Origin: a virus
IMG/VR virus record: IMGVR_UViG_3300042691_026427
Coordinates: 64,001-128,000 of that record
Strand: one strand, 5' to 3'
DNA length: 64,000 nt
A program made the position numbers and the translations under genes. Positions 51,062-59,640 of this stretch are shown one piece after another. Position 1 is the stretch's first letter; every line of letters begins with the position of its first letter. The notes beneath the pieces were generated by a model that worked only from the letters and a program-made list of their open reading frames with translations, was not told the origin of the DNA and did no database searches.

Positions 51062-51801
51062 AATTTACAAACTTCAGACAATAAAATATCTTTTGCCCAT
51101 CTAATAGGAATATGTTTAGATACATCTCTATTAGATGCAATAACTAGTGAGTTATCATGAGCCAATAAGCATTCTTCTACAGTACGATCTGACATAGTTA
51201 ATGTGCCAATATCTTTTTCAAAACTTAATGCTGCTACTAAATTTGCGTAATTGAATAGTTTATATAAGTTTTCTCCATATATATTTTCTACATACTGTTT
51301 TATTTCTAGGAAGTTTATGGGCACAGCTAGAGTATGTGTATCTCTTAGCATATCGTATCCCATTAATAACTGATCACTAGTAAATCTTATCAATGATCCC
51401 ATAAAGAAATATGTAGTGTTCTGTTCAATTGACTTCACGGGCTTATCTATTTCAAGGAGTGCAATATCGAACTGAGACGCACTGGTCATCCACTTTAAAT
51501 ATCCTTGGTCAATAATTTCGTATACTGCACTATCAGACCTAGATTTATTACGACTGTCTAGAGTACTGTGACGAATTTTACAATAAGATACCCAGTCTGA
51601 TCTAGAATAGCGTAATCCAGTAGCTAGTTGACCAAAATAAACAGACAACATTCCACTTATCGACAAGTGTCCTGGCTCATAATTTCTATCACCTAATGTA
51701 AATCTATAAAATCCTGGAAAGAAATCCCCAGAAGATAAAATTACCTTTGCAAATTCTTCGTCTGTAATATCTCTAGCTAGATATATTAAATCAATTGCCA
51801 T
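51058..51801 (-). CDS. Hypothetical protein (rSAM cluster)
   Basis: 247 aa; overlaps both neighbours. Confidence 0.65.
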   Translation of the reverse strand: MAIDLIYLARDITDEEFAKVILSSGDFFPGFYRFTLGDRNYEPGHLSISGMLSVYFGQLATGLRYSRSDWVSYCKIRHSTLDSRNKSRSDSAVYEIIDQGYLKWMTSASQFDIALLEIDKPVKSIEQNTTYFFMGSLIRFTSDQLLMGYDMLRDTHTLAVPINFLEIKQYVENIYGENLYKLFNYANLVAALSFEKDIGTLTMSDRTVEECLLAHDNSLVIASNRDVSKHIPIRWAKDILLSEVCKL

Positions 51802-52894
51802 ACGGAAGTGTACCCATTGCGTTTACTACTTCAAGGGCATTCTTTGCAACTAGACAATCTTTTACATTATGAACATCCATTAGATGCAAAATACCACGAT
51901 CAACACACGATCCTAAGAAAGGGCAGTCACCACATTCAGTCTTATCTCCGACATTAGAATACTGTGCTAATTGAACTGTCTGTTCAAAATTTTCAAAGTC
52001 TGTAGCGTGATGATTAGGTGTTGGAATTTTTAAGTCATCAATAAAACTAGCATATCGTTCATACAGTAATGGTGAGTAATAAAATTCTCCATTCTTCCAA
52101 TTGTATTGTTTTTCAACTAGCGAATCAGATAGTCGTCCAAACGAAAATCTTAGATAGTTATTTTTTTCATTAGTTACTACAGAATCATTAAACATTTTTT
52201 TAATTCGTTCTGCTGAATTAAAAAATTCTTCTGTAGTTAATTTCTCGTCTTTTCTTCCAAAAGAAAAATTAAAATCAATTGTGGTTTCGAATAAATGATT
52301 TACTCTCTTGTGTAGGTAATCATAATTTTTTAAGAGATCAGATATTTTAGTATTATCATAGTCGTAAACGTTCATAATGCCAAATGATCTTAGCTTTGTA
52401 GGCCAGTTCATCAATCGAATTACTTCTTCTTGATTTTTCTTAATTGTTTCTAAGTATTTGTCATTTTCTATCTGTTCAGGTTCGATAATGACATTGATTT
52501 CTAATTCGAGATTTGAATAATGATCTCTCAACACATCGGCAATTAAACTGGCCTTGCTGATGTCTAAGTAAGTTGTTTGAAAAGATAATCTTTTAAATTT
52601 ATTGAATATCTCTATAATTCTCTTGTCTGTTAGTAATGCATATGCATTTTTTGCTGAAAGGAAATCAGTAGGGCCAACAAATGCAATGAACGGACTGTAA
52701 TAATTGCCAGTGTTAAATGAATTTAAAACATTTTTTAAATCTTCATAGTGTGCATCTGTAAGAGGTTCTGCACCTTCTTTGTTTACATGACATCCTTTGC
52801 AATTCCACTGACAGCCATTTAATAATTCAAAATTTAAATTAAAATAAAATGTATAGGAATCATTTAAATTACCAGAAGCAAGATAGGCATCCAT
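51791..52894 (-). CDS. Divergent radical SAM protein (PTD in place of GGE), paralog of 58639..59640
   Basis: CQWNCKGC; GPTDFL; C-terminal CGDCPFLGSC...C. Confidence 0.8.
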   Translation of the reverse strand: MDAYLASGNLNDSYTFYFNLNFELLNGCQWNCKGCHVNKEGAEPLTDAHYEDLKNVLNSFNTGNYYSPFIAFVGPTDFLSAKNAYALLTDKRIIEIFNKFKRLSFQTTYLDISKASLIADVLRDHYSNLELEINVIIEPEQIENDKYLETIKKNQEEVIRLMNWPTKLRSFGIMNVYDYDNTKISDLLKNYDYLHKRVNHLFETTIDFNFSFGRKDEKLTTEEFFNSAERIKKMFNDSVVTNEKNNYLRFSFGRLSDSLVEKQYNWKNGEFYYSPLLYERYASFIDDLKIPTPNHHATDFENFEQTVQLAQYSNVGDKTECGDCPFLGSCVDRGILHLMDVHNVKDCLVAKNALEVVNAMGTLPYGN

Positions 52895-53614
52895 TTATTC
52901 TACTCCAAATACTTCTTCCGGATTTAGCGGAATTTCTTTGTTTATCATTTGATACAATAAGGGAACAAACATATTTAAATCATTATTATAGTAGTCAAAT
53001 AACGATTTTCCCTTAAACATGTGTGCTTCAAATTGTTGAGTAAAATACGTTAAACTTAAAGGTCTGTCTACTGAAAAGTATATTTCTAAAAAGCCTGGCA
53101 AACTAAAAAGATTAACAACATTTAATCCAACATAATGGGGATCATCAATATTTTCAAAGTTCTCTTTAACATTAAGTTCTGCGTTTAAGTCTTCAAAACT
53201 TTTAATTAGAAACAACATAGTAGAATCAATAAAATGAATCCAACGACCTACTAAACTTTCATTCTTAGTAATAAATTCTTCACACTCTTCTTTGGATAGC
53301 AAGCTCTTTCCATAATTTGCATCAGGATAAATGGCTTGTAAGATAATTTGAGCCGCAGCAACATTCAGATATGCAATGTTCGAAACACTGTTCCCCCCAA
53401 AATAAGCTTCAATTAATTCAAACTTTTGTTCTTTGGTTACTGACTCATTTAGAACCAAGTCAGAAGGAATATCTAAATTTGAGAGGTATACTAACAGTAC
53501 TTTTCCTTGAATTTTTGACTGTTGGTAATCTACCATAAAGAATGTATTTTTATCTTTAAAGTACTCTTTGATTTGATCAATTGGTATTGGTGCAATCGTC
53601 TGAACGTAATTCAT
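52895..53614 (-). CDS. Hypothetical protein (rSAM cluster)
   Basis: 239 aa, coupled to the neighbouring rSAM genes. Confidence 0.7.
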   Translation of the reverse strand: MNYVQTIAPIPIDQIKEYFKDKNTFFMVDYQQSKIQGKVLLVYLSNLDIPSDLVLNESVTKEQKFELIEAYFGGNSVSNIAYLNVAAAQIILQAIYPDANYGKSLLSKEECEEFITKNESLVGRWIHFIDSTMLFLIKSFEDLNAELNVKENFENIDDPHYVGLNVVNLFSLPGFLEIYFSVDRPLSLTYFTQQFEAHMFKGKSLFDYYNNDLNMFVPLLYQMINKEIPLNPEEVFGVE

Positions 53615-54728
53615 TATAATTTTTCCTAAGTTCTGTTAAATTTTGTTTTGCTTTTGTTTCGTATAGTTGTATAAAGGTAGATTTGTTATTTCTAATCCTC
53701 GATATAACTTTTTTCGACAACGGGCATTCATCGCTGTCATCAAACAGACTTGCATCACAATTTCCGCCGCAAATATCATAATGTTCACATGTGAAGCACA
53801 TTTCATGTTGTGTCATTTCGGCTAATTTATTTATAATGACATCTACGGCCTTGGTTTGAAATGTATCCCAGTCGTTTACCATTTCATCAACTGTAGATAC
53901 AGGTTCAACATAAGTCTTGTCGGGGCAAAATCCAACAGTACCATTTGGATTTAACGTAAATGTTCTTTTATCGCAACAATTACATTTACAATCAAACATT
54001 TGACCGCTCAATAGAGTTTTGGTGAATAGATCTACTTGTGGTAAGCACCAAGTAGTTTCATTATGTTGGTAATATTCAACCAAAGTATCTAACCAATTTG
54101 CCCATTTGATATTATTTGGTTTTAAACTTCTTGTCTGTTCATCAAACGTAGTGAGCAATTCAAAGTCTATAGAATCAACTCCATCAAATAGTTTTACAAT
54201 TTCGAGAGGATCATAATTTAAAAGATATTTCTGTGCTGTGATAGATATATGCACTTTTATACCTGCATCTATTAATTTTTTTAAATTACCAAAGAATAAA
54301 TCTTCTTGCTCATGTTTTTTATTAATTGCAATAGATCCAAATCTTATATCAGCGTCCCAACTTACTCCAATAGTTGATCTATATTCATCCTTAATAAATT
54401 GAATAAATGTATCGTCTACCTTATAGAGTAAATTGGTTTGGGGTACAATGTCCATCGGCATTGAGCCAAAAGTATTTCTTATTATTTCATTTACTTTAAC
54501 TAAATGTTCGTAAGGTGATAAAAATGTCTCGCCACCATGTATGTAAAAAGTAGCCTTGGCAGGATCAACATTTTTTTTAATTGAGGTTAGAAATTTTTCA
54601 ATGTAACCTAAATCAGTAAGCATATAGGGATCTTTGTCTCCTAATGTAAAACAGTGAGTACAATTTAAATTGCAACCCTGTATCACTCTTAGATAGATTA
54701 CATTGAATTCGTTTGAAAAAACGTTCAT
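53577..54728 (-). CDS. Radical SAM/SPASM protein, paralog of 59633..60688
   Basis: CNLNCTHC, HGGE, SWDADIRF; CKCNCC..GFCP..CFTCEHYDICGGNC...C. Confidence 0.9.
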   Translation of the reverse strand: MNVFSNEFNVIYLRVIQGCNLNCTHCFTLGDKDPYMLTDLGYIEKFLTSIKKNVDPAKATFYIHGGETFLSPYEHLVKVNEIIRNTFGSMPMDIVPQTNLLYKVDDTFIQFIKDEYRSTIGVSWDADIRFGSIAINKKHEQEDLFFGNLKKLIDAGIKVHISITAQKYLLNYDPLEIVKLFDGVDSIDFELLTTFDEQTRSLKPNNIKWANWLDTLVEYYQHNETTWCLPQVDLFTKTLLSGQMFDCKCNCCDKRTFTLNPNGTVGFCPDKTYVEPVSTVDEMVNDWDTFQTKAVDVIINKLAEMTQHEMCFTCEHYDICGGNCDASLFDDSDECPLSKKVISRIRNNKSTFIQLYETKAKQNLTELRKNYNELRSDDCTNTN

Positions 54729-55597
54729 AACTTCGGCTTGCTTGCCACAATAAAATAATAGTTAAGTTTATTGTTTTTATGATTTTCTATAAAATATTCT
54801 TCAATGCCACTTTTAAGTTCCCACTGAGATCTCAATTCCCAATAAGGTACCAAATCTTTAGTTCTATCTTCAGTAAAAATTAAGTTTAAGCCTGAGTTAA
54901 CTATTGCAGTTTCGTATTCATTAATACCATGCATGGTAGATGCGTAATGATCGTTAATAGGTTCAATAAATTCATTAAAATTATTAGTGTCTAGATTGTC
55001 GTTAAAACACCAAGTGGCAATTACAAAGCGGCCACCGGGTTCTAAAACTCTGTATACTTCCTTAAACAACATGTCAAGTTCTAATGCATATTGAGTAACT
55101 TCGCAGCAATATGCATGACTAAAAGTAGCATCAGCATAGGGAATACTTAGAAAATTAGCCTGTCTAACTTCTGCTCTATCTTGTAAATTTCTTTTTTCTA
55201 TTTCGTCTTTACAAAAATTAGTTTGATACTCAGTTAAATTTACACCATCGACTTTGACATTTGAAAACTTTTCTATAATCCTAAACATGGTGCCTCCGCG
55301 TCCGCAGCCCAAGTCAATGACTCGTTGTGGTGTACCAAATAGTTTATCAAACTGTAAAAATGTTATTAAGTGACTAGTCAGTTTGTTTTCTTGTCGTTGG
55401 ACTTCTGCTGTAATTTCTTCTGTAGTTGCAGTAGTAGCATCTATTTCAGTAGGGCCTAAGCCAAAGTGATGATGAACAAAACCATCAACTGCTTGTAGCA
55501 AGTTTCTATCATTCTTTTTATTGTTATAATAATCAAATACCGCAGTACTAAGCGTGTTTTGAGTTTGGGTATGATCGTTGTTAAATTTTGTATACAT
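54725..55597 (-). CDS. SAM-dependent methyltransferase, geranyl-diphosphate 2-C-methyltransferase-like
   Basis: Motif I DLGCGRGG, plus VDGFVHHHFGLG, INDHY..MH..EY and PYWELR...GIEEYFIE. As I recall them, these match prenyl-diphosphate C-methyltransferases. Confidence 0.8.
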   Translation of the reverse strand: MYTKFNNDHTQTQNTLSTAVFDYYNNKKNDRNLLQAVDGFVHHHFGLGPTEIDATTATTEEITAEVQRQENKLTSHLITFLQFDKLFGTPQRVIDLGCGRGGTMFRIIEKFSNVKVDGVNLTEYQTNFCKDEIEKRNLQDRAEVRQANFLSIPYADATFSHAYCCEVTQYALELDMLFKEVYRVLEPGGRFVIATWCFNDNLDTNNFNEFIEPINDHYASTMHGINEYETAIVNSGLNLIFTEDRTKDLVPYWELRSQWELKSGIEEYFIENHKNNKLNYYFIVASKPKL

Positions 55598-56218
55598 TTA
55601 AATTTCCAGTAGTGCTTTTGCGTCTGTTGCAAAAGAATATCGTGTGCCAATAAAAGGTTTTGCCCTATGCCAAACATCCGACGCCATTACTATCATAGTA
55701 TACGGGATAGGAGCATATTTGTAAACCGGATTTAAATTTTCAGGCAACCAAACATGTGATAACGGGTTTTCTTTTAAATCTTCATAGAATTCAAAACATC
55801 CGTTATCCATTCCAATAGTATCATCTTGTTTGATATATAATACTGTGGTCACGTCACCGATTTCATCTGCTCTTAAAAAAGGTTGCCAGTGACGATGTAT
55901 ACGTTGGCCTTGCCAACTGTTAGGAGTGTTGAGCCATGAATCCTTGTCTAGATAATAGTTCTGGCCTTTGCCAGCAAATCTAGGATGCACCGTATCTAGA
56001 AAATCAAAAATAATGCTGTCTATTACAGCTTCAAACATCTTCACTTCTGGTGTATTTGTTTCCCAGACGTTTAATTTGTTTTTTTCATCATCGGGTCCCA
56101 AAAAATACATTTGCGTATTGTCAATTAACGAATTACAAAATGGTTCTATAAGTTCTTTGTAATCATTTAAATCATATATCATTGCATTAAAGTTAGGAAC
56201 TTTAAATTTGTTTGTCAA
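55598..56218 (-). CDS. 2OG-Fe(II) oxygenase-like protein
   Basis: WLN...IHRH...TVLYI...GCFEF...WHRAKPFIGTRYSFA. Confidence 0.7.
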   Translation of the reverse strand: MTNKFKVPNFNAMIYDLNDYKELIEPFCNSLIDNTQMYFLGPDDEKNKLNVWETNTPEVKMFEAVIDSIIFDFLDTVHPRFAGKGQNYYLDKDSWLNTPNSWQGQRIHRHWQPFLRADEIGDVTTVLYIKQDDTIGMDNGCFEFYEDLKENPLSHVWLPENLNPVYKYAPIPYTMIVMASDVWHRAKPFIGTRYSFATDAKALLEI

Positions 56219-56904
56219 TTTTGAACCTCATCAAATACAGTAGATTTCATCAAGGGGTCGGCAGGATAGTAATATAACTTTAACTTCAATGGTTGATAGG
56301 TAGTTGCGTTATATGTCAAACCAAACACCTTCATAAAAGTAGTGTCTTTGCAAAATTCTTTAACAGATTCGATGAACGGAATTGGAAGATTATAAAAATT
56401 TGCAACTGTTTCAACATTTTGATGCATAAAATATAAATCTTTCTTTTCGGGATTAACGCTGATACCTTGTCCCCAGTGACTTAATATTTGACTTCCTGCA
56501 ACTATCATCGGCTGTGTATGTTTCCACAGATCTAAATCATAAAATTTTGGAACCTGTTGTTTGCTATCTAAAAAATAATTGATACAATAATCGTCATGTG
56601 GTCTAACGATATTAATGTTAAATTTGTTGCAATCGATCCTTCCTCCGGAATATACAGCCATGAACTTGTGTTCGGTATAGTTTATACCATCTGCAGGTTG
56701 GAAACTAAATTGTTGCAATTTTTCTAAGTTCACACCTTCATTAAAGATAGAACCCATAACATCAATATAGGCGAACAAATAATCGTCTGGAACTTTTTTA
56801 GAATTAAACAAGTTCTCTTCTACTTTGTTACCTACGATTGTTATCTCTTCGGCATGTTGATTTATTTCTTTGCTTATTTCTTTAAAAAAGTCAATACTAT
56901 TCAT
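56215..56904 (-). CDS. Hypothetical protein (weak resemblance to aromatic prenyltransferase strands)
   Basis: 229 aa; C-terminal VFGLTY....LKLKLYYYP and internal KKDLYF. The function call is speculative. Confidence 0.55.
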   Translation of the reverse strand: MNSIDFFKEISKEINQHAEEITIVGNKVEENLFNSKKVPDDYLFAYIDVMGSIFNEGVNLEKLQQFSFQPADGINYTEHKFMAVYSGGRIDCNKFNINIVRPHDDYCINYFLDSKQQVPKFYDLDLWKHTQPMIVAGSQILSHWGQGISVNPEKKDLYFMHQNVETVANFYNLPIPFIESVKEFCKDTTFMKVFGLTYNATTYQPLKLKLYYYPADPLMKSTVFDEVQN

Positions 56905-56910
56905 AGTACA

Positions 56911-57963
56911 TTAGTAAAGTCTAAATGGAGCCAAATCTGCTGTTAAATTTTGTCTCTTTTTTCTATAGCAATAAGTTGAAAATATTTGATTAGATTTTTC
57001 TCTAAATAATTCAAATGTATAAAGACACCCAAAGTTTCTATTGATGTCTCGATGTAGTAATCCTTCCCAATCTTCAGCCATAAGCATTTGGTTTACTTCA
57101 AACATATCTTCATTACCTGTATGATCGGGCACCCATATTCTTTCTAAGGAATGCCATTGATTAACAAGATTGTTGTAATCATAGTTAGAAGTAATGTAGG
57201 AAGGTTCTGCTGAGAAATTCTCATCAACCATCCAATTTAACGTTGAGCTGTTTTTCAATTGGTCTTCGACGTTACCTATTTCAAAGTTGCTGTCAGGGTC
57301 TATTACACCCATGTCTAAGAATCCAAACATCGTTTCTAATCTTAGTTGCTCCAACTCATCTCGCCAGTTGTCAATACTAATGATTCTAACACGGTCTAGT
57401 ATTTCTTCTTTGCATAGACTTTCTTCACCATGATATAGATAGTCGGGCAAAAGATATTCGAACGAAACATCCTGTTTATTAATGACATTTCTTAAAAAAT
57501 TAGAAACTGGTTGAGCATCGTATATAACTTTGAATTCTTCGAATGATTTCATCTTAAAAGTATCTCTTACCATTTGATGTCGCGTATCGGGTGCATTAAC
57601 TTGTATATAGGATCTTACTCGCACACTTTCAACCATTGATTTATACAGGAGGTAAACATCTTGCTCTGAAGCATATTGAAATATACTTTTTGCATATTGT
57701 ATTAACAATCTCTCAGTAACATCGGTTTTTAAATAGGCGATAAGTTTGTGATCAGCTTCGTACATATATTGCCAAAATTGTTCAACATCGTTTTCAAAAT
57801 TGTTTGCCAATAACTCGTCAAATGTGCCAACTGACGGCAGTATACAAATATCTGTTGGCATTGGAAAGAGATTGTATAAATCGGTTGCCATTAACATTTT
57901 GTAACCAATACTGTCGAATTTATAATCAAATTCTAAATAAGCTCTTTTAAATAAGTGAAACAT
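56911..57963 (-). CDS. Hypothetical protein immediately downstream of the candidate substrate
   Basis: Likely start MFHLFKR at 57963, forming a TAATG overlap with the stop of 57963..58625. Confidence 0.7.
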   Translation of the reverse strand: MFHLFKRAYLEFDYKFDSIGYKMLMATDLYNLFPMPTDICILPSVGTFDELLANNFENDVEQFWQYMYEADHKLIAYLKTDVTERLLIQYAKSIFQYASEQDVYLLYKSMVESVRVRSYIQVNAPDTRHQMVRDTFKMKSFEEFKVIYDAQPVSNFLRNVINKQDVSFEYLLPDYLYHGEESLCKEEILDRVRIISIDNWRDELEQLRLETMFGFLDMGVIDPDSNFEIGNVEDQLKNSSTLNWMVDENFSAEPSYITSNYDYNNLVNQWHSLERIWVPDHTGNEDMFEVNQMLMAEDWEGLLHRDINRNFGCLYTFELFREKSNQIFSTYCYRKKRQNLTADLAPFRLY

Positions 57964-58625
57964 TATCTTCTTCCTCTTGATCCGTGGCAATTATTATGGC
58001 ACGATGAATGACACACACGTAAATCAACTGTTCCTATTGAACCTCTTAGTGCAGTAACTGCGGCAGCTAAATTAGTATAAAAATTGTTGATATTGGCTGC
58101 AGAAATAGTAGCATTTGTACTTGGTTCAGATGATACGAACCCTACAGATTGCAAATAATTATTATTAAGATGGGCTTGGCCATAAGTTAATAAAACTGTT
58201 CCGGAGAAAAAGGGGATGTTTGCATTGTCTGACGGTACGCCAGTTTGAGTATATTGACCGTTAAAATATTGAGTATAATAAAGGCCCCAAACAGCTGGAC
58301 GTAATCTAGTAGTAGCATTGGCAAATGCTTTGCACATATTAACAATTAAACTGGCGTTTATTGTCAAACCGGATGCTCCTGAACCAGGTAGATTAGAAGT
58401 CGTTGGATATGCGTATGTATTCGTACCTAACTCACTTAACCTTGCAGAGAGGTATGCTCCTGTCCAGCCGATAACAGTACCGTTGTCCCACATTCTAACG
58501 TTAATTACTGGAACGTTGTAGTAGTGTATGCTTCCACTAGGGTCCATTCGCGAGGTATTCATCACTGTTGCAATAAAGTCATTAACTACGCTGGCTTTGG
58601 TTATAACTTGTCCTGTAGATGCCAT
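57963..58625 (-). CDS. Candidate radical SAM substrate with a C-terminal (CHxx)3 tail
   Basis: 220 aa ending DLRVCHSSCHNNCHGSRGRR; AAAGGA RBS and TAAATA upstream; Thr/Asn/Ser/Gly-rich body. Confidence 0.7.
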   Translation of the reverse strand: MASTGQVITKASVVNDFIATVMNTSRMDPSGSIHYYNVPVINVRMWDNGTVIGWTGAYLSARLSELGTNTYAYPTTSNLPGSGASGLTINASLIVNMCKAFANATTRLRPAVWGLYYTQYFNGQYTQTGVPSDNANIPFFSGTVLLTYGQAHLNNNYLQSVGFVSSEPSTNATISAANINNFYTNLAAAVTALRGSIGTVDLRVCHSSCHNNCHGSRGRR

Positions 58626-58638
58626 TTATCCGTTCCTT

Positions 58639-59640
58639 TTATTTAATATCCAAAAAACAACCCATGTTAAAATCTCTTGCTATAGGAAAATACCCTTTTC
58701 CCATGCAGTGGGTTAAATTTTTACAATTGACACATTTGTCTAGTATCACGTTATTTATATCATCTATACTGCTGTAAGTTTTAATAAAACCTTCGTAATT
58801 TGGAGTCAGCACTCTAAATCGAGGATTATCTATAAAAACGTATTCATCAAAAGGAATAATAGGAGTTAAAAAAATATCACCCGGTGACCCTAAAAAAGTA
58901 AATGCAGGTTTTCGCAACAGTGTTCTGTCGTTGTATTGTTTTGTTGCATTCTCTGTACCTAAATAATGATCAGTTATGTCATGTATGGTTCTAATGCTTT
59001 CTTGCAACATGTTTGTTTTTTTCTCCAAACTTATATCTGGATTATACAAAAATGTAAAATTTAGTTCAATTATCTCATCATCGGATAAAAAATCTAACAT
59101 TTGGTTTAGTTTAACTTTTTCCTTATCGGACAATGTAAATCCGGTATTGATTGCCAAGTTGATTATAACATCATCGCCGTATGTTTCTTTAATCTTTGCA
59201 ATTCTAGATTTTATTGTTATTTGATAGTTTATGTCAAACAGTTTTGCTATCAATAGATTGACCTGCAATTCAATTTTGGCCAATGGATTATTGTTTTTTA
59301 CAATTTTAAAAAATTCTGGATCAAACCCTGTTTCTAACGTAGATGCCACACCCACATACTCAAACAATGAAACTGTTTCTGCAAATTCTGCATTTTCAAA
59401 CAGTTTGTAATTGTCCTTGTTATCAAATATATCAGTTGGCAATAGATAACAAGTTTCCAATTCATAACCGTTTTTCAACAAGTCTTTGGCCAACGATAAC
59501 GAAGATGTAAAATCGTTGTAATTATTTTTAGTTCTGTTGTAAAAACATCCCCGGCAATCCATGGAACAGTCATTCAATACCAGCATTCTAAATTCTGCCA
59601 GTTTGTATGGGTCACCATATCTTTCGTAGGAATTATACAT
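58639..59640 (-). CDS. Divergent radical SAM protein (PTD in place of GGE)
   Basis: CSMDCRGC; LPTDIF; CVNCKNLTHC...GC. Confidence 0.8.
   Translation of the reverse strand: MYNSYERYGDPYKLAEFRMLVLNDCSMDCRGCFYNRTKNNYNDFTSSLSLAKDLLKNGYELETCYLLPTDIFDNKDNYKLFENAEFAETVSLFEYVGVASTLETGFDPEFFKIVKNNNPLAKIELQVNLLIAKLFDINYQITIKSRIAKIKETYGDDVIINLAINTGFTLSDKEKVKLNQMLDFLSDDEIIELNFTFLYNPDISLEKKTNMLQESIRTIHDITDHYLGTENATKQYNDRTLLRKPAFTFLGSPGDIFLTPIIPFDEYVFIDNPRFRVLTPNYEGFIKTYSSIDDINNVILDKCVNCKNLTHCMGKGYFPIARDFNMGCFLDIK

Noticed and set aside
57963-58010. c-type haem-binding motifs in the CHxxCH tail
   Set aside because: The spacing is CxxxCH, not CxxCH, and there is no signal peptide or cytochrome c maturation gene.
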